DNA of 64,000 nt, from contig NZ_JABEZU010000003.1 in the NCBI RefSeq assembly GCF_013149785.1, positions 124,001 through 188,000 on the forward strand. Direction: 5' to 3'. Origin of the DNA: Isoptericola halotolerans. GTDB lineage: Bacteria > Actinomycetota > Actinomycetes > Actinomycetales > Cellulomonadaceae. This document shows positions 49,340 to 59,486 of this stretch, in pieces. The notes beneath the pieces are model-generated. The model searched no databases. It was given only the letters and a program-made list of their open reading frames with translations, and was not told the origin of the DNA. The translations under genes were made by a program, and so were the position numbers. How positions within the stretch are numbered: the stretch's first letter is position 1; every line of letters begins with the position of its first letter.

Positions 49340-52036
49340 ATGCGTACCGCCGAGATCCGTCAGCGTTGGCTCGACTACTTCGAGTCCAAGGGGCACACGA
49401 TCGTGCCGAGCGTCCCCCTGGTCTCGCCGGACCCCACGATCCTGTTCACGATCGCGGGCATGGTGCCCTTCATCCCGTACATCCTCGGTACCGAGAAGGC
49501 GCCGTGGCCCCGTGCCGCCAGCGTGCAGAAGTGCATCCGCACGAACGACATCGAGAACGTGGGCCGCACGACGCGGCACGGCACGTTCTTCCAGATGAAC
49601 GGCAACTTCTCCTTCGGCGACTACTTCAAGCGCGAGGCCGTCGACTTCGCCTGGGACCTGCTCACCTCCGACCAGGCGGCCGGCGGCTACGGTCTCGACG
49701 GGGACCGCCTGTGGGTGACGATCTGGGAGAAGGACGACGAGGCCTACGACGCGCTGACCCAGGGCGTCGGGCTCGACCCGAAGCACATCGTGCGGCTGCC
49801 GCGCGAGGAGAACTTCTGGGACACCGGGCAGCCCGGCCCGGCGGGCCCCTGCGCCGAGTGGCACTACGACCGCGGCCCGGCCTACGGGCCGGAGGCCGAG
49901 GGCGGCACGGTGGACCCGGGCGGGGACCGGTACCTCGAGATCTGGAACCTCGTGTTCGACCAGTTCGTCCGTGGTGAGGGGCAGGGCAAGGACTACCCGC
50001 TGCTGGGCGAGCTCGAGCACAAGAGCATCGACACCGGTGCCGGCCTGGAGCGGATCGCGTACCTGCTGCAGGGCAAGGAGAACCTCTACGAGATCGACGA
50101 GGTCTACCCCGTCATCGCGACGGTGGAGGAGATGTCCGGCAAGCGGTACGGCGCGGACGGTGAGGACGACGTGCGCATGCGCGTCGTGGCCGACCACGTC
50201 CGCTCGGCGCTCATGGTCATCGGCGACGGCGTCAGCCCGTCGAACGAGGGCCGGGGCTACGTGCTGCGCCGACTCATCCGGCGTGCCGTGCGCTCGGTGC
50301 GGCTGCTCGGCGTCGAGGACGAGGCGCTGCCCGCGCTGCTGCCCGTGTCCAAGGACGCGATGAAGGCCTCGTACCCGGAGCTCGAGGCCGACTTCGGCCG
50401 GATCAGCCAGGTCGCCTACGGCGAGGAGGACGCCTTCCGTCGCACCCTGACCTCGGGCACCACGATCCTGGACACCGCGGTCTCGCGCGCGAAGAAGACG
50501 TCCGACGGCGGGCCGGCGGTCCTCGGCGGTGACGAGGCGTTCCGCCTGCACGACACCTACGGCTTCCCGATCGACCTGACGCTCGAGATGGCTGCCGAGC
50601 AGGGCGTCCAGGTCGACGAGAAGGCGTTCCGGTCCCTCATGGCCGAGCAGAAGCAGCGGGCCCGTGCGGACGCGCTGGCGAAGAAGACGGGTCACGCCGA
50701 CCTGCGTGCCTACGAGTCGCTCCAGAAGGCGCTCACGTCCCCGGTGGAGTTCCTGGGGTACACCGACCGGCAGGCCGCGGTGCAGGTCGAGGGCCTGCTG
50801 GTGGACGGTGTCCCGCAGCCCACGGCCACGGCCCCGGCCGACGTGGAGGTCGTGCTCGACCGCACGCCGTTCTACGCCGAGGCCGGCGGTCAGCTCGCCG
50901 ACCAGGGCACGATCGCGCTCGACAGCGGTGCCATCGTCGAGGTGGACGACGTCCAGCGCCCGGTCGCCGGGCTGTCCGTGCACCGGGGGCGGCTCGTCGA
51001 GGGCACCGTGACTCTGGGGGACCCGGGCACGGCGACGATCGACACGGGGCGGCGCGTGGCGATCAGCCGCGCCCACTCGGCCACGCACATGATCCACAAG
51101 GCGCTGCACGAGCTGGTCGGCCCGGACCGCACGCAGGCCGGTTCGGAGAACGCCCCGAGCAGGATCCGCTTCGACTTCCGGTCCCCGGCCGCCGTGCCGG
51201 CGTCGGCCCTGAGCGAGATCGAGGAGCGGGTCAACACCCGCCTCACCGAGAACCTCGAGGTGACGGACGCCACGATGTCGCTGTCCGCCGCCCGCGAGCT
51301 CGGTGCGATGGCGCTGTTCGGCGAGAAGTACGGCGACAACGTCCGGGTGGTCTCGATCGGCGGTGACTGGTCGCGTGAGCTGTGCGGTGGCACGCACGTC
51401 CGGGCGACCGGCGAGCTCGGCCGGGTGGCGCTGCTGGGCGAGTCGTCGATCGGTTCCGGCGTGCGCCGGGTCGACGCCCTGGTGGGTGACGGTGCGTACG
51501 GGTTCCACGCCACGGAGCACGCCCTGGTCGGCCAGCTGACGGGCCTGCTGAACGCGCGTCCGGACGAGCTGACGGAGCGTGTCGGATCCCTGATGACGCG
51601 CCTGAAGGAGACGGAGAAGGAGCTGGCTTCCCTGCGGCAGGGGCAGCTCCTGGCCGCGGCCGGGACGCTCGCGGCCGACGCGCCGCGTGTGGGCGACGTC
51701 CGCGTCGTCGCGCACGACGCCGGGACGGTCGGTGGGGCGGACGACCTGCGGGCGCTCGCCCTGGACGTGCGCGGCCGGCTGGGCGACTCTGCTCCCGCCG
51801 TCGTGGCGGTGGCGGGGGTGGCGAACGACCGCCCGCTCGTGGTGGTCGCCACCAACGCCGGGGCCCGCGACGCCGGCCTGCGCGCCGGTGACTTCGTCAA
51901 GGCCGCGGCGAAGACGCTGGGTGGCGGCGGTGGCGGCAAGCCGGATCTCGCGCAGGGTGGCGGCCAGGACGCGTCCGCGGTCCCCGCAGCCCTCGAGGGC
52001 GTGCGGGCGGCGGTCGGCGAGGTCGCCGGTGCCTGA
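49340..52036 (+). CDS. alaS: Alanine--tRNA ligase
   Basis: QKCIRT, LHDTYGFP, HSATH, ELCGGTH and GGGGG C-Ala domain. AAGGA RBS. Confidence 0.98.
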   Translation: MRTAEIRQRWLDYFESKGHTIVPSVPLVSPDPTILFTIAGMVPFIPYILGTEKAPWPRAASVQKCIRTNDIENVGRTTRHGTFFQMNGNFSFGDYFKREAVDFAWDLLTSDQAAGGYGLDGDRLWVTIWEKDDEAYDALTQGVGLDPKHIVRLPREENFWDTGQPGPAGPCAEWHYDRGPAYGPEAEGGTVDPGGDRYLEIWNLVFDQFVRGEGQGKDYPLLGELEHKSIDTGAGLERIAYLLQGKENLYEIDEVYPVIATVEEMSGKRYGADGEDDVRMRVVADHVRSALMVIGDGVSPSNEGRGYVLRRLIRRAVRSVRLLGVEDEALPALLPVSKDAMKASYPELEADFGRISQVAYGEEDAFRRTLTSGTTILDTAVSRAKKTSDGGPAVLGGDEAFRLHDTYGFPIDLTLEMAAEQGVQVDEKAFRSLMAEQKQRARADALAKKTGHADLRAYESLQKALTSPVEFLGYTDRQAAVQVEGLLVDGVPQPTATAPADVEVVLDRTPFYAEAGGQLADQGTIALDSGAIVEVDDVQRPVAGLSVHRGRLVEGTVTLGDPGTATIDTGRRVAISRAHSATHMIHKALHELVGPDRTQAGSENAPSRIRFDFRSPAAVPASALSEIEERVNTRLTENLEVTDATMSLSAARELGAMALFGEKYGDNVRVVSIGGDWSRELCGGTHVRATGELGRVALLGESSIGSGVRRVDALVGDGAYGFHATEHALVGQLTGLLNARPDELTERVGSLMTRLKETEKELASLRQGQLLAAAGTLAADAPRVGDVRVVAHDAGTVGGADDLRALALDVRGRLGDSAPAVVAVAGVANDRPLVVVATNAGARDAGLRAGDFVKAAAKTLGGGGGGKPDLAQGGGQDASAVPAALEGVRAAVGEVAGA

Positions 52037-52529
52037 CCTGCCGCGGGGGGCCCGGCTCGGCGTGGACGTCGGCAAGGCGCGGATCGGGCTGGCCGGGTCG
52101 GACCCGGACGGCCTGGTCGCCACGCCGGTCGAGACGGTGGCCCGCGTATCGGCCGTGCCGACGACGGCGGAGGGCGACCCGGCCGTCACCGCCGACGTCG
52201 CGCGCATCGCGGCTGAGGTGGTCGAGAGGTTCGCGGCGGTGGTCTACGTCGGCCTGCCGCGCCACCTGTCGGGCCACGAGGGGGCGGCGACGGCGGACGC
52301 CCGGGGGTTCGCGACCCGCCTCGCCCGCGAGATCGCGCCTGTCCCGGTGCATCTGGTGGATGAGAGAATGACGACGGTGGCGGCTCACGCGCAGCTGCGC
52401 GCGGCCGGTAGGAAAACCTCCCAGCATAGACCCGTGATTGATCAGGCAGCAGCCGTTATCATTCTGCAACACGCACTCGACGTGGAGCGTGCGACGGCCG
52501 GTCGTGCCGGCGAGCACGTCGAGCCGTGA
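52029..52529 (+). CDS. ruvX: RuvX/YqgF resolvase-like nuclease
   Basis: LGVDVG..RIG, VGLP, DERMTT and IDQAAAVIILQ motifs. Confidence 0.93.
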   Translation: MPDLPRGARLGVDVGKARIGLAGSDPDGLVATPVETVARVSAVPTTAEGDPAVTADVARIAAEVVERFAAVVYVGLPRHLSGHEGAATADARGFATRLAREIAPVPVHLVDERMTTVAAHAQLRAAGRKTSQHRPVIDQAAAVIILQHALDVERATAGRAGEHVEP

Positions 52530-52574
52530 CGGCCTGATGACCACTGGACGACCGACCCGAAGGATGATCTCGGC

Positions 52575-53738
52575 GTGACGGACCTCTTCGAGCCATCGAC
52601 GGCGGAACGCCCTGCGCCTCTTCCGTCGCGGGGCCGCTCCGCGGCGAGCAAGCGCGCGGCACGCAAGCGTCGACGTCGGCGGCAGCAGCGCACGGCGATC
52701 GTGCTCGTGCTCGTGCTGGGCCTGCTCGGTGGCGGCGCCTACGTCTTCTGGGACCGGATGAGCAGCGCGCTGGGTGGCCTCGACCTGTCGTTCGGGTTCA
52801 ACAGCGCCTCCGAGGACTACTCCGGTCCGGGCGTGGACCCCGTGCAGGTGGTGATCCCCGCCGGTGCCACGGGCACGATGATGGGCACCGTGCTCGCCGA
52901 GGCCGACGTCGTGGCGAGCGTGGGAGCGTTCACCCAGGCGTTCGAGAGCTCGCCGGCGGCCGCGAGCATCCAGCCGGGCACGTACGAGCTCTACACGCAG
53001 ATGAGCGCTGCGGAGGCGATCGAGTCCCTCCTGACGAACGAGAAGATCGAGACGAGGGTCACGATCCCCGAGGGGTACGTCGTCGAGCAGGTCATCGACC
53101 GGATCGCCTCCGTGACCGAGTTCTCGCGCGAGGACGTCGAGGAGGCCCTCGCTGACCCCGAGTCCATCGGCCTGCCCAAGTCCGCCGGTGGCAACGCCGA
53201 GGGCTGGTTGTTCCCCAAGACCTACTCCGTGCAGCCGGACGACACGGTCGTCGACCTGCTGTCCACGATGGTCGGTCAGACCAAGGCCGAGCTGAACGCT
53301 GCCGGGGTGGACAACGCCGACCGGCAGGACGTGCTCATCAAGGCCTCGCTGGTCGAGCGCGAGGCCAAGCACGACGAGGACCGCCCAAAGATGGCGCGGG
53401 CGATCGAGAACCGGTTGGCGACCGACATGGCTCTGCAGATCGATGCCACGACGGCCTACGGCATCGAGAAGTCCGGCACCGAGCTGACGCACGCGGACAA
53501 CAACGATGCGAGCAACGAGTACTCGACCTATGCACACGCGGGTCTCCCGCCGGGCCCGATCGCGAACCCGGGTGCGGCCTCCATCGAGGCCGTGGTGAAC
53601 CCCGCAGACGGGCCCTGGAAGTTCTGGTGCACCGTGAACCTCGACACGGGGGAGACCAAGTTCGAGGAGTCGCACGAAGCGCACCTCGTCAACCAGGCGG
53701 AGCTGCGGGCCTGGCAGAGGGAGAACGGCCACCGATGA
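52575..53738 (+). CDS. mltG: Endolytic transglycosylase MltG
   Basis: TM, TIPEG, EGWLFP.TY, ASLVERE and GLPPGPIANPG motifs. Confidence 0.93.
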   Translation: MTDLFEPSTAERPAPLPSRGRSAASKRAARKRRRRRQQRTAIVLVLVLGLLGGGAYVFWDRMSSALGGLDLSFGFNSASEDYSGPGVDPVQVVIPAGATGTMMGTVLAEADVVASVGAFTQAFESSPAAASIQPGTYELYTQMSAAEAIESLLTNEKIETRVTIPEGYVVEQVIDRIASVTEFSREDVEEALADPESIGLPKSAGGNAEGWLFPKTYSVQPDDTVVDLLSTMVGQTKAELNAAGVDNADRQDVLIKASLVEREAKHDEDRPKMARAIENRLATDMALQIDATTAYGIEKSGTELTHADNNDASNEYSTYAHAGLPPGPIANPGAASIEAVVNPADGPWKFWCTVNLDTGETKFEESHEAHLVNQAELRAWQRENGHR

Positions 53739-54616
53739 CCGCGACACGGCGCGCCGCCGTCCTCGGCCACCCTGTCGGCCACTCGCTGTCACCGGTGCTG
53801 CACACGGCGGCCTACGACGCGCTGGGCCTGGACGGCTGGGAGTACACGGCTGTCGACACCACGGTCGAGCAGCTCCCGGGTCTCGTCCGGGGACTCGACC
53901 TGGGCTGGGCCGGGCTGAGCGTGACGATGCCGCTCAAGCATGCCGTGATGGAGCTGGTCGACCACGTCGACCCGCTGGCACAGGCCGTCGGAGCGGTGAA
54001 CACCGTCCTGGTGGCCCCCGCGCAGTGCGGGGTGACACTGACCGGCACCAACACCGACGTCTACGGTCTCGTCGAGGCGATCCGCGAAGGACTGGCGGAG
54101 CGTCACGGCACTCGGCGGGCACCGGTGCAGGACGCCGTCGTCCTGGGCGGGGGAGCGACCGCGGCCTCCGCCCTCGCGGCGCTCGGCGAGCTCGGCCGCA
54201 CAAGCCCGCTGGTGCTCGTGCGCAGCCTCGCGCGGACCACCGGGCTGCAGGAAGCCGCCGCGCGCATGGGCGTCACGCCCCGCTTCGAGGTGCTCGAGCC
54301 CGCCGCGGCCTCGCGGGTCCTCGCTCGCGCGGACGCCGTGGTGTCGACGATGCCCGCCCACGCCGCCGACCCGGTGGCCCACGCCCTGCAGCAGCAGGGT
54401 GACCGGCCGGGCGGCGTGCTGCTCGACGTGGTCTACGACCCGCGACCCACCGCGCTGTCCCGGGCGTGGGCGACGAACGGCGGGACCGTCGTCGGCGGTG
54501 AGCGCATGCTCCTGCACCAGGCCGTCGAGCAGGTCCGGCTCATGACCGGCCGCCCCGGCCCGGTAGCGGCGATGGACGCCGCCCTGCAGGGCGTCCTGGC
54601 CGCCGAGGTCGTCTGA
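53735..54616 (+). CDS. aroE: Shikimate dehydrogenase
   Basis: HSLSP, SVTMPLK, GAVNT, NTD, GGGATA and DVVYDP motifs. Confidence 0.95.
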   Translation: MTATRRAAVLGHPVGHSLSPVLHTAAYDALGLDGWEYTAVDTTVEQLPGLVRGLDLGWAGLSVTMPLKHAVMELVDHVDPLAQAVGAVNTVLVAPAQCGVTLTGTNTDVYGLVEAIREGLAERHGTRRAPVQDAVVLGGGATAASALAALGELGRTSPLVLVRSLARTTGLQEAAARMGVTPRFEVLEPAAASRVLARADAVVSTMPAHAADPVAHALQQQGDRPGGVLLDVVYDPRPTALSRAWATNGGTVVGGERMLLHQAVEQVRLMTGRPGPVAAMDAALQGVLAAEVV

Positions 54617-54697
54617 CCGCGACCGGGGGCCCGCCGCGACGTCCGGCATCCGATCGGGCGTCCCGTGGGTCGGGACGAGCGTGAAAGAATCGCCACC

Positions 54698-55915
54698 ATG
54701 CTGCGCTGGTTGACCTCGGGAGAGTCGCACGGTCAGGCCCTGGTCGGGGTGATGGAAGGTCTGCCCGCCGGGGTGGAGCTCGTCACGTCCGACATCCAGG
54801 ACGCCCTGGCCCGCCGCCGCCTCGGCTACGGCCGCGGCGCACGGATGAAGTTCGAGCAGGACACCGTGCGCGTCCTGGGCGGTCTGCGTCACGGTGTGAC
54901 GCAGGGCGGCCCGCTGGCGATCGAGGTGGGCAACACCGAGTGGCCCAAGTGGGTCGACGTCATGTCGGCGGACCCGGTGCCGCCAGAGGCGCTGAAGGTC
55001 GACGCCGGCACGGGCGACGAGCGCGAGATCGCGCGCAACCGTCCGCTCACCCGGCCTCGCCCCGGCCACGCCGACCTGGTGGGGATGCGCAAGTACGGGT
55101 TCGACGACGCGCGGCCCGTCCTCGAGCGCGCCAGCGCGCGCGAGACGGCCACCCGCGTCGCGCTGGGGGTCGCCGCCGCGAAGTTCCTCGAGCAGGCGCT
55201 CGGTGTCCGGCTCGTCAGCCACGTGACCTCGATCGGTCCGGTGGAGGTCCCCGAGGACGCCGACCTGCCCACCCCCGACGACGTCGCCGCGCTGGACGCG
55301 GACCCGGTGCGCTGCTTCGACGCCGCCACGAGCGAGGCGATGGTCGCCGAGATCGACGCCTGTCGCAAGGACGGGGACACCCTGGGCGGTGTGGTCGAGG
55401 TGCTCGCCTACGGCGTGCCCACCGGGCTCGGCACGTACGCGCACTCCGACCGGCGGCTCGACGCGCGCCTGGCGGCCACCCTCATGGGCATCCAGGCGAT
55501 CAAGGGCGTGGCCGTCGGCGACGGGTTCCGCACCGCGCAGCGCCGCGGCTCGGCCGCGCACGACGAGATCGAGCGGGACGGCGAGGGGCGGATCCGGCGG
55601 CGTTCCAACCGTGCCGGTGGCATCGAGGGCGGCATGTCCAACGGTGAGGTCGTCCGGGTCTCCGCCGCGATGAAGCCGATCTCGACGGTGCCGCGTGCCC
55701 TGGCCACGGTGGACGTCGCGACCGGCGAGGCCGTGACGGCCCACCACCAGCGCTCGGACGTCTGCGCGGTGCCGCCCGCCGCCGTCGTCGCCGAGGCGAT
55801 GGTGGCCCTGGAGCTGGCGCAGGCCGCGCTGGAGAAGTTCGGCGGCGACTCGGTGGCCGAGGTGCGCCGCAACGCCGAGGCCTACCTGGCGTCCATCCCC
55901 GAGCTGCTGCGATGA
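54698..55915 (+). CDS. aroC: Chorismate synthase
   Basis: [21 protein letters not shown] and MKPIST motifs. Confidence 0.98.
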   Translation: MLRWLTSGESHGQALVGVMEGLPAGVELVTSDIQDALARRRLGYGRGARMKFEQDTVRVLGGLRHGVTQGGPLAIEVGNTEWPKWVDVMSADPVPPEALKVDAGTGDEREIARNRPLTRPRPGHADLVGMRKYGFDDARPVLERASARETATRVALGVAAAKFLEQALGVRLVSHVTSIGPVEVPEDADLPTPDDVAALDADPVRCFDAATSEAMVAEIDACRKDGDTLGGVVEVLAYGVPTGLGTYAHSDRRLDARLAATLMGIQAIKGVAVGDGFRTAQRRGSAAHDEIERDGEGRIRRRSNRAGGIEGGMSNGEVVRVSAAMKPISTVPRALATVDVATGEAVTAHHQRSDVCAVPPAAVVAEAMVALELAQAALEKFGGDSVAEVRRNAEAYLASIPELLR

Positions 55916-56439
55916 GCGACGCGCAGCCGCGGGTGGTGCTCATCGGCCCGCCCGGCAGCGGCAAGACGACGGTCGGGACGATCCTCGCCAAGAAGCTGTC
56001 GGCGGGCTTCCGCGACACCGACAGCGACGTCGAGGAGGCGGCCGGCAAGACGGTGGCGGACATCTTCGTCGACGACGGCGAACCGCGCTTCCGTGAGCTG
56101 GAGCGTGAGGCCGTCACGACGGCGCTCGCGACGCACAGCGGGGTGCTCGCCCTCGGGGGCGGCGCGGTGCTCGACGCCCACACCCAGAATGCGCTGGCGG
56201 CCTACGCGGCCGGCGGCGGCGTCGTCGTCTTCCTCGACGTCTCCCTGGCCCACGCGGCACCGCGCGTCGGCTTCAACCAGGCTCGCCCGCTGCTGGTCGG
56301 CAACCCGCGGGCCCGCTGGGCCGAGCTGATGGAGGCGCGCCGACCCACCTACGAACGGCTCGCGACGGTGCACGTCGTCTCGGACGGGCGCACGGCAGCC
56401 CAGGTCGCCGGCCAGATCCAGCAGGAGGTACAGCCATGA
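55912..56439 (+). CDS. aroK: Shikimate kinase
   Basis: [17 protein letters not shown] and RPLL motifs. Confidence 0.96.
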   Translation: MSDAQPRVVLIGPPGSGKTTVGTILAKKLSAGFRDTDSDVEEAAGKTVADIFVDDGEPRFRELEREAVTTALATHSGVLALGGGAVLDAHTQNALAAYAAGGGVVVFLDVSLAHAAPRVGFNQARPLLVGNPRARWAELMEARRPTYERLATVHVVSDGRTAAQVAGQIQQEVQP

Positions 56440-57578
56440 CCGTCCGCGTGACCGTGAACGGTGACCAGCCCTACGACGTCGTCGTGGGACGCCATCTGCT
56501 CGGCGAGCTGCCGGGGCTGCTCGGCCCGGACGTGCGGCGGGTGCTCGTGATGCACCCCGCGTCGCTGGAGGCCACGGGCGAGGCGGTCCGCGAGGACCTG
56601 GTCGCCCAGGGGTACCAGGCCTTCGCCGCGGAGCTGCCCGACGCCGAGGAGCAGAAGACCGCCCAGGTGGCGGCGTTCTGCTGGCAGGTGATGGGACAGG
56701 CCGACTTCACCCGCTCGGACGCGATCGTGGCGGTCGGCGGCGGCGCGACGACGGACCTCGCCGGGTTCGTCGCGGCCACCTGGTTGCGCGGCATCAAGGT
56801 CGTGCACGTGCCGACCACGTTGCTCGCGATGGTGGATGCCGCCGTCGGAGGCAAGACCGGCATCAACACCGCCGAGGGCAAGAACCTCGTCGGCGCCTTC
56901 CACCCGCCGGCCGGGGTGCTCTGCGACCTCGCCGCGCTGGAGTCCCTCGACCGATGGGACCTGGTGGCCGGGATGGCCGAGGTCGTCAAGACCGGGTTCA
57001 TCGCCGACGAGCGCATCCTCGAGCTCGCCGAGGAGCACGCCGACGCCCTGCGCGAGTGGGCGGGCGCCGGCGCCACCGAGGAGACGTGGGCGGTGCTGAC
57101 CGAGCTCATCGAGCGTTCGGTGCGCGTCAAGGCCCGGGTGGTGGGGGAGGACCTCACCGAGCAGGGGCTGCGCGAGATCCTCAACTACGGCCACACCCTG
57201 GGCCACGCGATCGAGCTGGTCGAGCGCTACCAGCTGCGGCACGGGGCCGCTGTCGCCGTCGGCATGGTCTTCGCGGCCGAGCTCGGCCGGCTCGGCGGCA
57301 AGCTCGACGACGCCGTCGTGGCGCGGCACCGGGAGATCCTCACCGCGCTCGGTCTGCCGACGACGTACCGCGGGGACCGGTGGGACCAGCTGGTGGCCGC
57401 GATGCGCCGGGACAAGAAGGCTCGCGGGGACCTGCTGCGGTTCGTCGTCCTGGACGACGTCGCCAAGCCGGTGCGCCTCGAGGGGCCGGACCCCACGCTG
57501 CTGGCGGCCGCGTACGCCGAGATCTCGAAGGAGCCGCCCACCGGAGGCCCCGGGGTGCCGGTCCAGCTCATCCCCTGA
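56436..57578 (+). CDS. aroB: 3-dehydroquinate synthase
   Basis: [26 protein letters not shown] and [10 protein letters not shown] motifs. Confidence 0.97.
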   Translation: MTVRVTVNGDQPYDVVVGRHLLGELPGLLGPDVRRVLVMHPASLEATGEAVREDLVAQGYQAFAAELPDAEEQKTAQVAAFCWQVMGQADFTRSDAIVAVGGGATTDLAGFVAATWLRGIKVVHVPTTLLAMVDAAVGGKTGINTAEGKNLVGAFHPPAGVLCDLAALESLDRWDLVAGMAEVVKTGFIADERILELAEEHADALREWAGAGATEETWAVLTELIERSVRVKARVVGEDLTEQGLREILNYGHTLGHAIELVERYQLRHGAAVAVGMVFAAELGRLGGKLDDAVVARHREILTALGLPTTYRGDRWDQLVAAMRRDKKARGDLLRFVVLDDVAKPVRLEGPDPTLLAAAYAEISKEPPTGGPGVPVQLIP

Positions 57579-57584
57579 GCGCTG

Positions 57585-58397
57585 TCACACCCACAGCCCG
57601 CGTTCGACCAGGACGTCGCGGAGCAGGTCGGCACGGTCGGTGACGATCCCGTCGACGCCGAGGTCGATCAACCGCCGCATCTCGGTGGGGTCGTTGATCG
57701 TCCACACGTGGACGAACCTCCCTGCGCGGTGCGCGGCCGCGACCGTCCGGGCGTCGACCACCGTCACGCCGTCGTCGGCCCCCGGCACCTGCAGCGCGTC
57801 GACCCGACGCAGGGCGGCCCGGACCACCGACGGGATCCGGAGGCGGGTACCCACGAGGAACCCGATCACCTCGCTGCGGCCGGCGCTCGTGGCGACCGGC
57901 CGTGACAGCCGCGCCACGGTGGCACGACGCCGCCGCGGCGAGAACGACGTGACGCAGACGCGGTCGTGGCTCGCCGTGGACTCGATCGCCGCCGCCGTCG
58001 GGGCGATGCCCGAGTCCGCCTTGACGTCGATGTTCACCCGCAGGTCGGGCCAGGTGCCGAGCACGTCGGTCAGCAGCGGCACCGGTTCGGTGCCGCCGAT
58101 GCGGGCACGGCGCACCACGTCCCAGGGCAGCTCCGCCACGAGGCCGCTGCCGTCGGTGGTGCGGTCCAGCGACTCGTCGTGCAGGGCGACGGCGACCCCG
58201 TCGCGCGTGCCGTGCGCATCGGTCTCGACGTACCGGTAGCCGAGGTCGACGGCCGCCGCGAACGCCGCCATCGAGTTCTCCAGGTTGGCCCGGCCGTGCG
58301 AGAACCCGCGGTGCGCCAGCGCCGCGAAGGCCCCGCGACCGGTGTCGCCCGCTCCGCCGCCGAAGTAGGGATGCTGGGGCCGTGGCACGCGCGTCAT
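57585..58397 (-). CDS. Glycerophosphodiester phosphodiesterase
   Basis: AHRG, ENS, ETD, HD, NIDVK, VWTIN and DGIVTD motifs. ATGA coupling with the upstream gene. Confidence 0.92.
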   Translation of the reverse strand: MTRVPRPQHPYFGGGAGDTGRGAFAALAHRGFSHGRANLENSMAAFAAAVDLGYRYVETDAHGTRDGVAVALHDESLDRTTDGSGLVAELPWDVVRRARIGGTEPVPLLTDVLGTWPDLRVNIDVKADSGIAPTAAAIESTASHDRVCVTSFSPRRRRATVARLSRPVATSAGRSEVIGFLVGTRLRIPSVVRAALRRVDALQVPGADDGVTVVDARTVAAAHRAGRFVHVWTINDPTEMRRLIDLGVDGIVTDRADLLRDVLVERGLWV

Positions 58398-59389
58398 GCC
58401 GCACCTCCCGGCAACCGGTCGCCCAGGAAGCGCACGACCGCATCGAGGTACTCCTGGCGTGGTGCGTCCGCGGACAGGCTGAGGTCGTGCACGGCCCCGT
58501 CGACGACGAGCTCGGTGACGTCGGTGCCCAGGCGGGGGAACAACCGCGCGAGCTGGCGGGTGTCCAGGACCGTGTCCTGGGCGTCGAGGAGGGGGTTGTC
58601 CGGGCTGTCCGGCCCCGAGGCGCCCGCGCGTGCCGCCAGCACGGGGACCGGGACGTCCAGACCGCGCGCCAGACGCAGCTGCGCGCGCCGCACGGCCAGG
58701 AGCCACGCGGCCCGGGCGGGCTGCCCGTCCGGCTTCTTCAACCGGGTGTCGAACGACCACCGACCGCCGTTGTCGACGTGCTGGTACGTCGCGTAGACCG
58801 ACGGGTGGGTGCTCACCACCGCCAGCGGTCGCACCCTGCCCAGCACCCCCAGCAGACTCGTGTTGACCTGGCGGGACAGCCACGATCCGGCCAGGTCGAG
58901 GAAGGGCGAGTCGAGCACCAGCGCGTCCGGGCCCGTGGCACCGTGCGCGTGTGCCCACACCACCGTGGTCAGCCCGCCCGTGGAGTGGGCGTGCACGGCG
59001 AGCGGCGAGCCGGGTTCGAGGGCGCGCACGCTCGACAGCGCGGCGTCGAGGTCCGCGCCGAACTCCCGCAGGGAGGTGGTGAAGTGCGGTGGCAGGCCCG
59101 CCTCGGCGGCGACGTCGACCGGCGGCCGCAGCAGCGAGCGCCCCGCCCGTCGTAGGTCGACCGCGTAGAAGCAGTACCCGGCGTCCGTGAGCGCGTGGGC
59201 GAGGTGGTCCTGGAAGAAGTAGTCGTTGTACCCGTGGACGTGGAGCACAGCCCCCCGTGGGGCGTCAGGGCGGCCGGTACGTCGCACGAGCGTCGCGGGA
59301 CCCAGGGGAGCGGACTGGAAGCCGTCGAGCAGCGGGTCGGGTTCCCAGACGAGCTCGTCGGGCAGTGGGGCGGTCGGCGACGCTGGCAC
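58394..59389 (-). CDS. Alpha/beta hydrolase (lysophospholipase-like)
   Basis: HGYNDYFFQ, AHSTGG nucleophile, D.VL and HDL motifs. TACGGT lies 6 nt before the GTG. Confidence 0.88.
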   Translation of the reverse strand: MPASPTAPLPDELVWEPDPLLDGFQSAPLGPATLVRRTGRPDAPRGAVLHVHGYNDYFFQDHLAHALTDAGYCFYAVDLRRAGRSLLRPPVDVAAEAGLPPHFTTSLREFGADLDAALSSVRALEPGSPLAVHAHSTGGLTTVVWAHAHGATGPDALVLDSPFLDLAGSWLSRQVNTSLLGVLGRVRPLAVVSTHPSVYATYQHVDNGGRWSFDTRLKKPDGQPARAAWLLAVRRAQLRLARGLDVPVPVLAARAGASGPDSPDNPLLDAQDTVLDTRQLARLFPRLGTDVTELVVDGAVHDLSLSADAPRQEYLDAVVRFLGDRLPGGAA

Positions 59390-59486
59390 GTGGGTACCGT
59401 ACGCCGAAGGGGATGCGCGCGCCCTGCGACCGTCCTTCTGCGCGGCGCTACCCACCGTTCACCCGGATGCGGCAGACTCGGCGCCC

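Noticed and set aside
49049..52207. 1052-aa antisense ORF, and similar long antisense ORFs over thrS, yebC-ruv, secD, relA, aspS and aroC
   Set aside because: Shadow frames of high-GC3 genes; no family motifs; they overlap well-supported genes.
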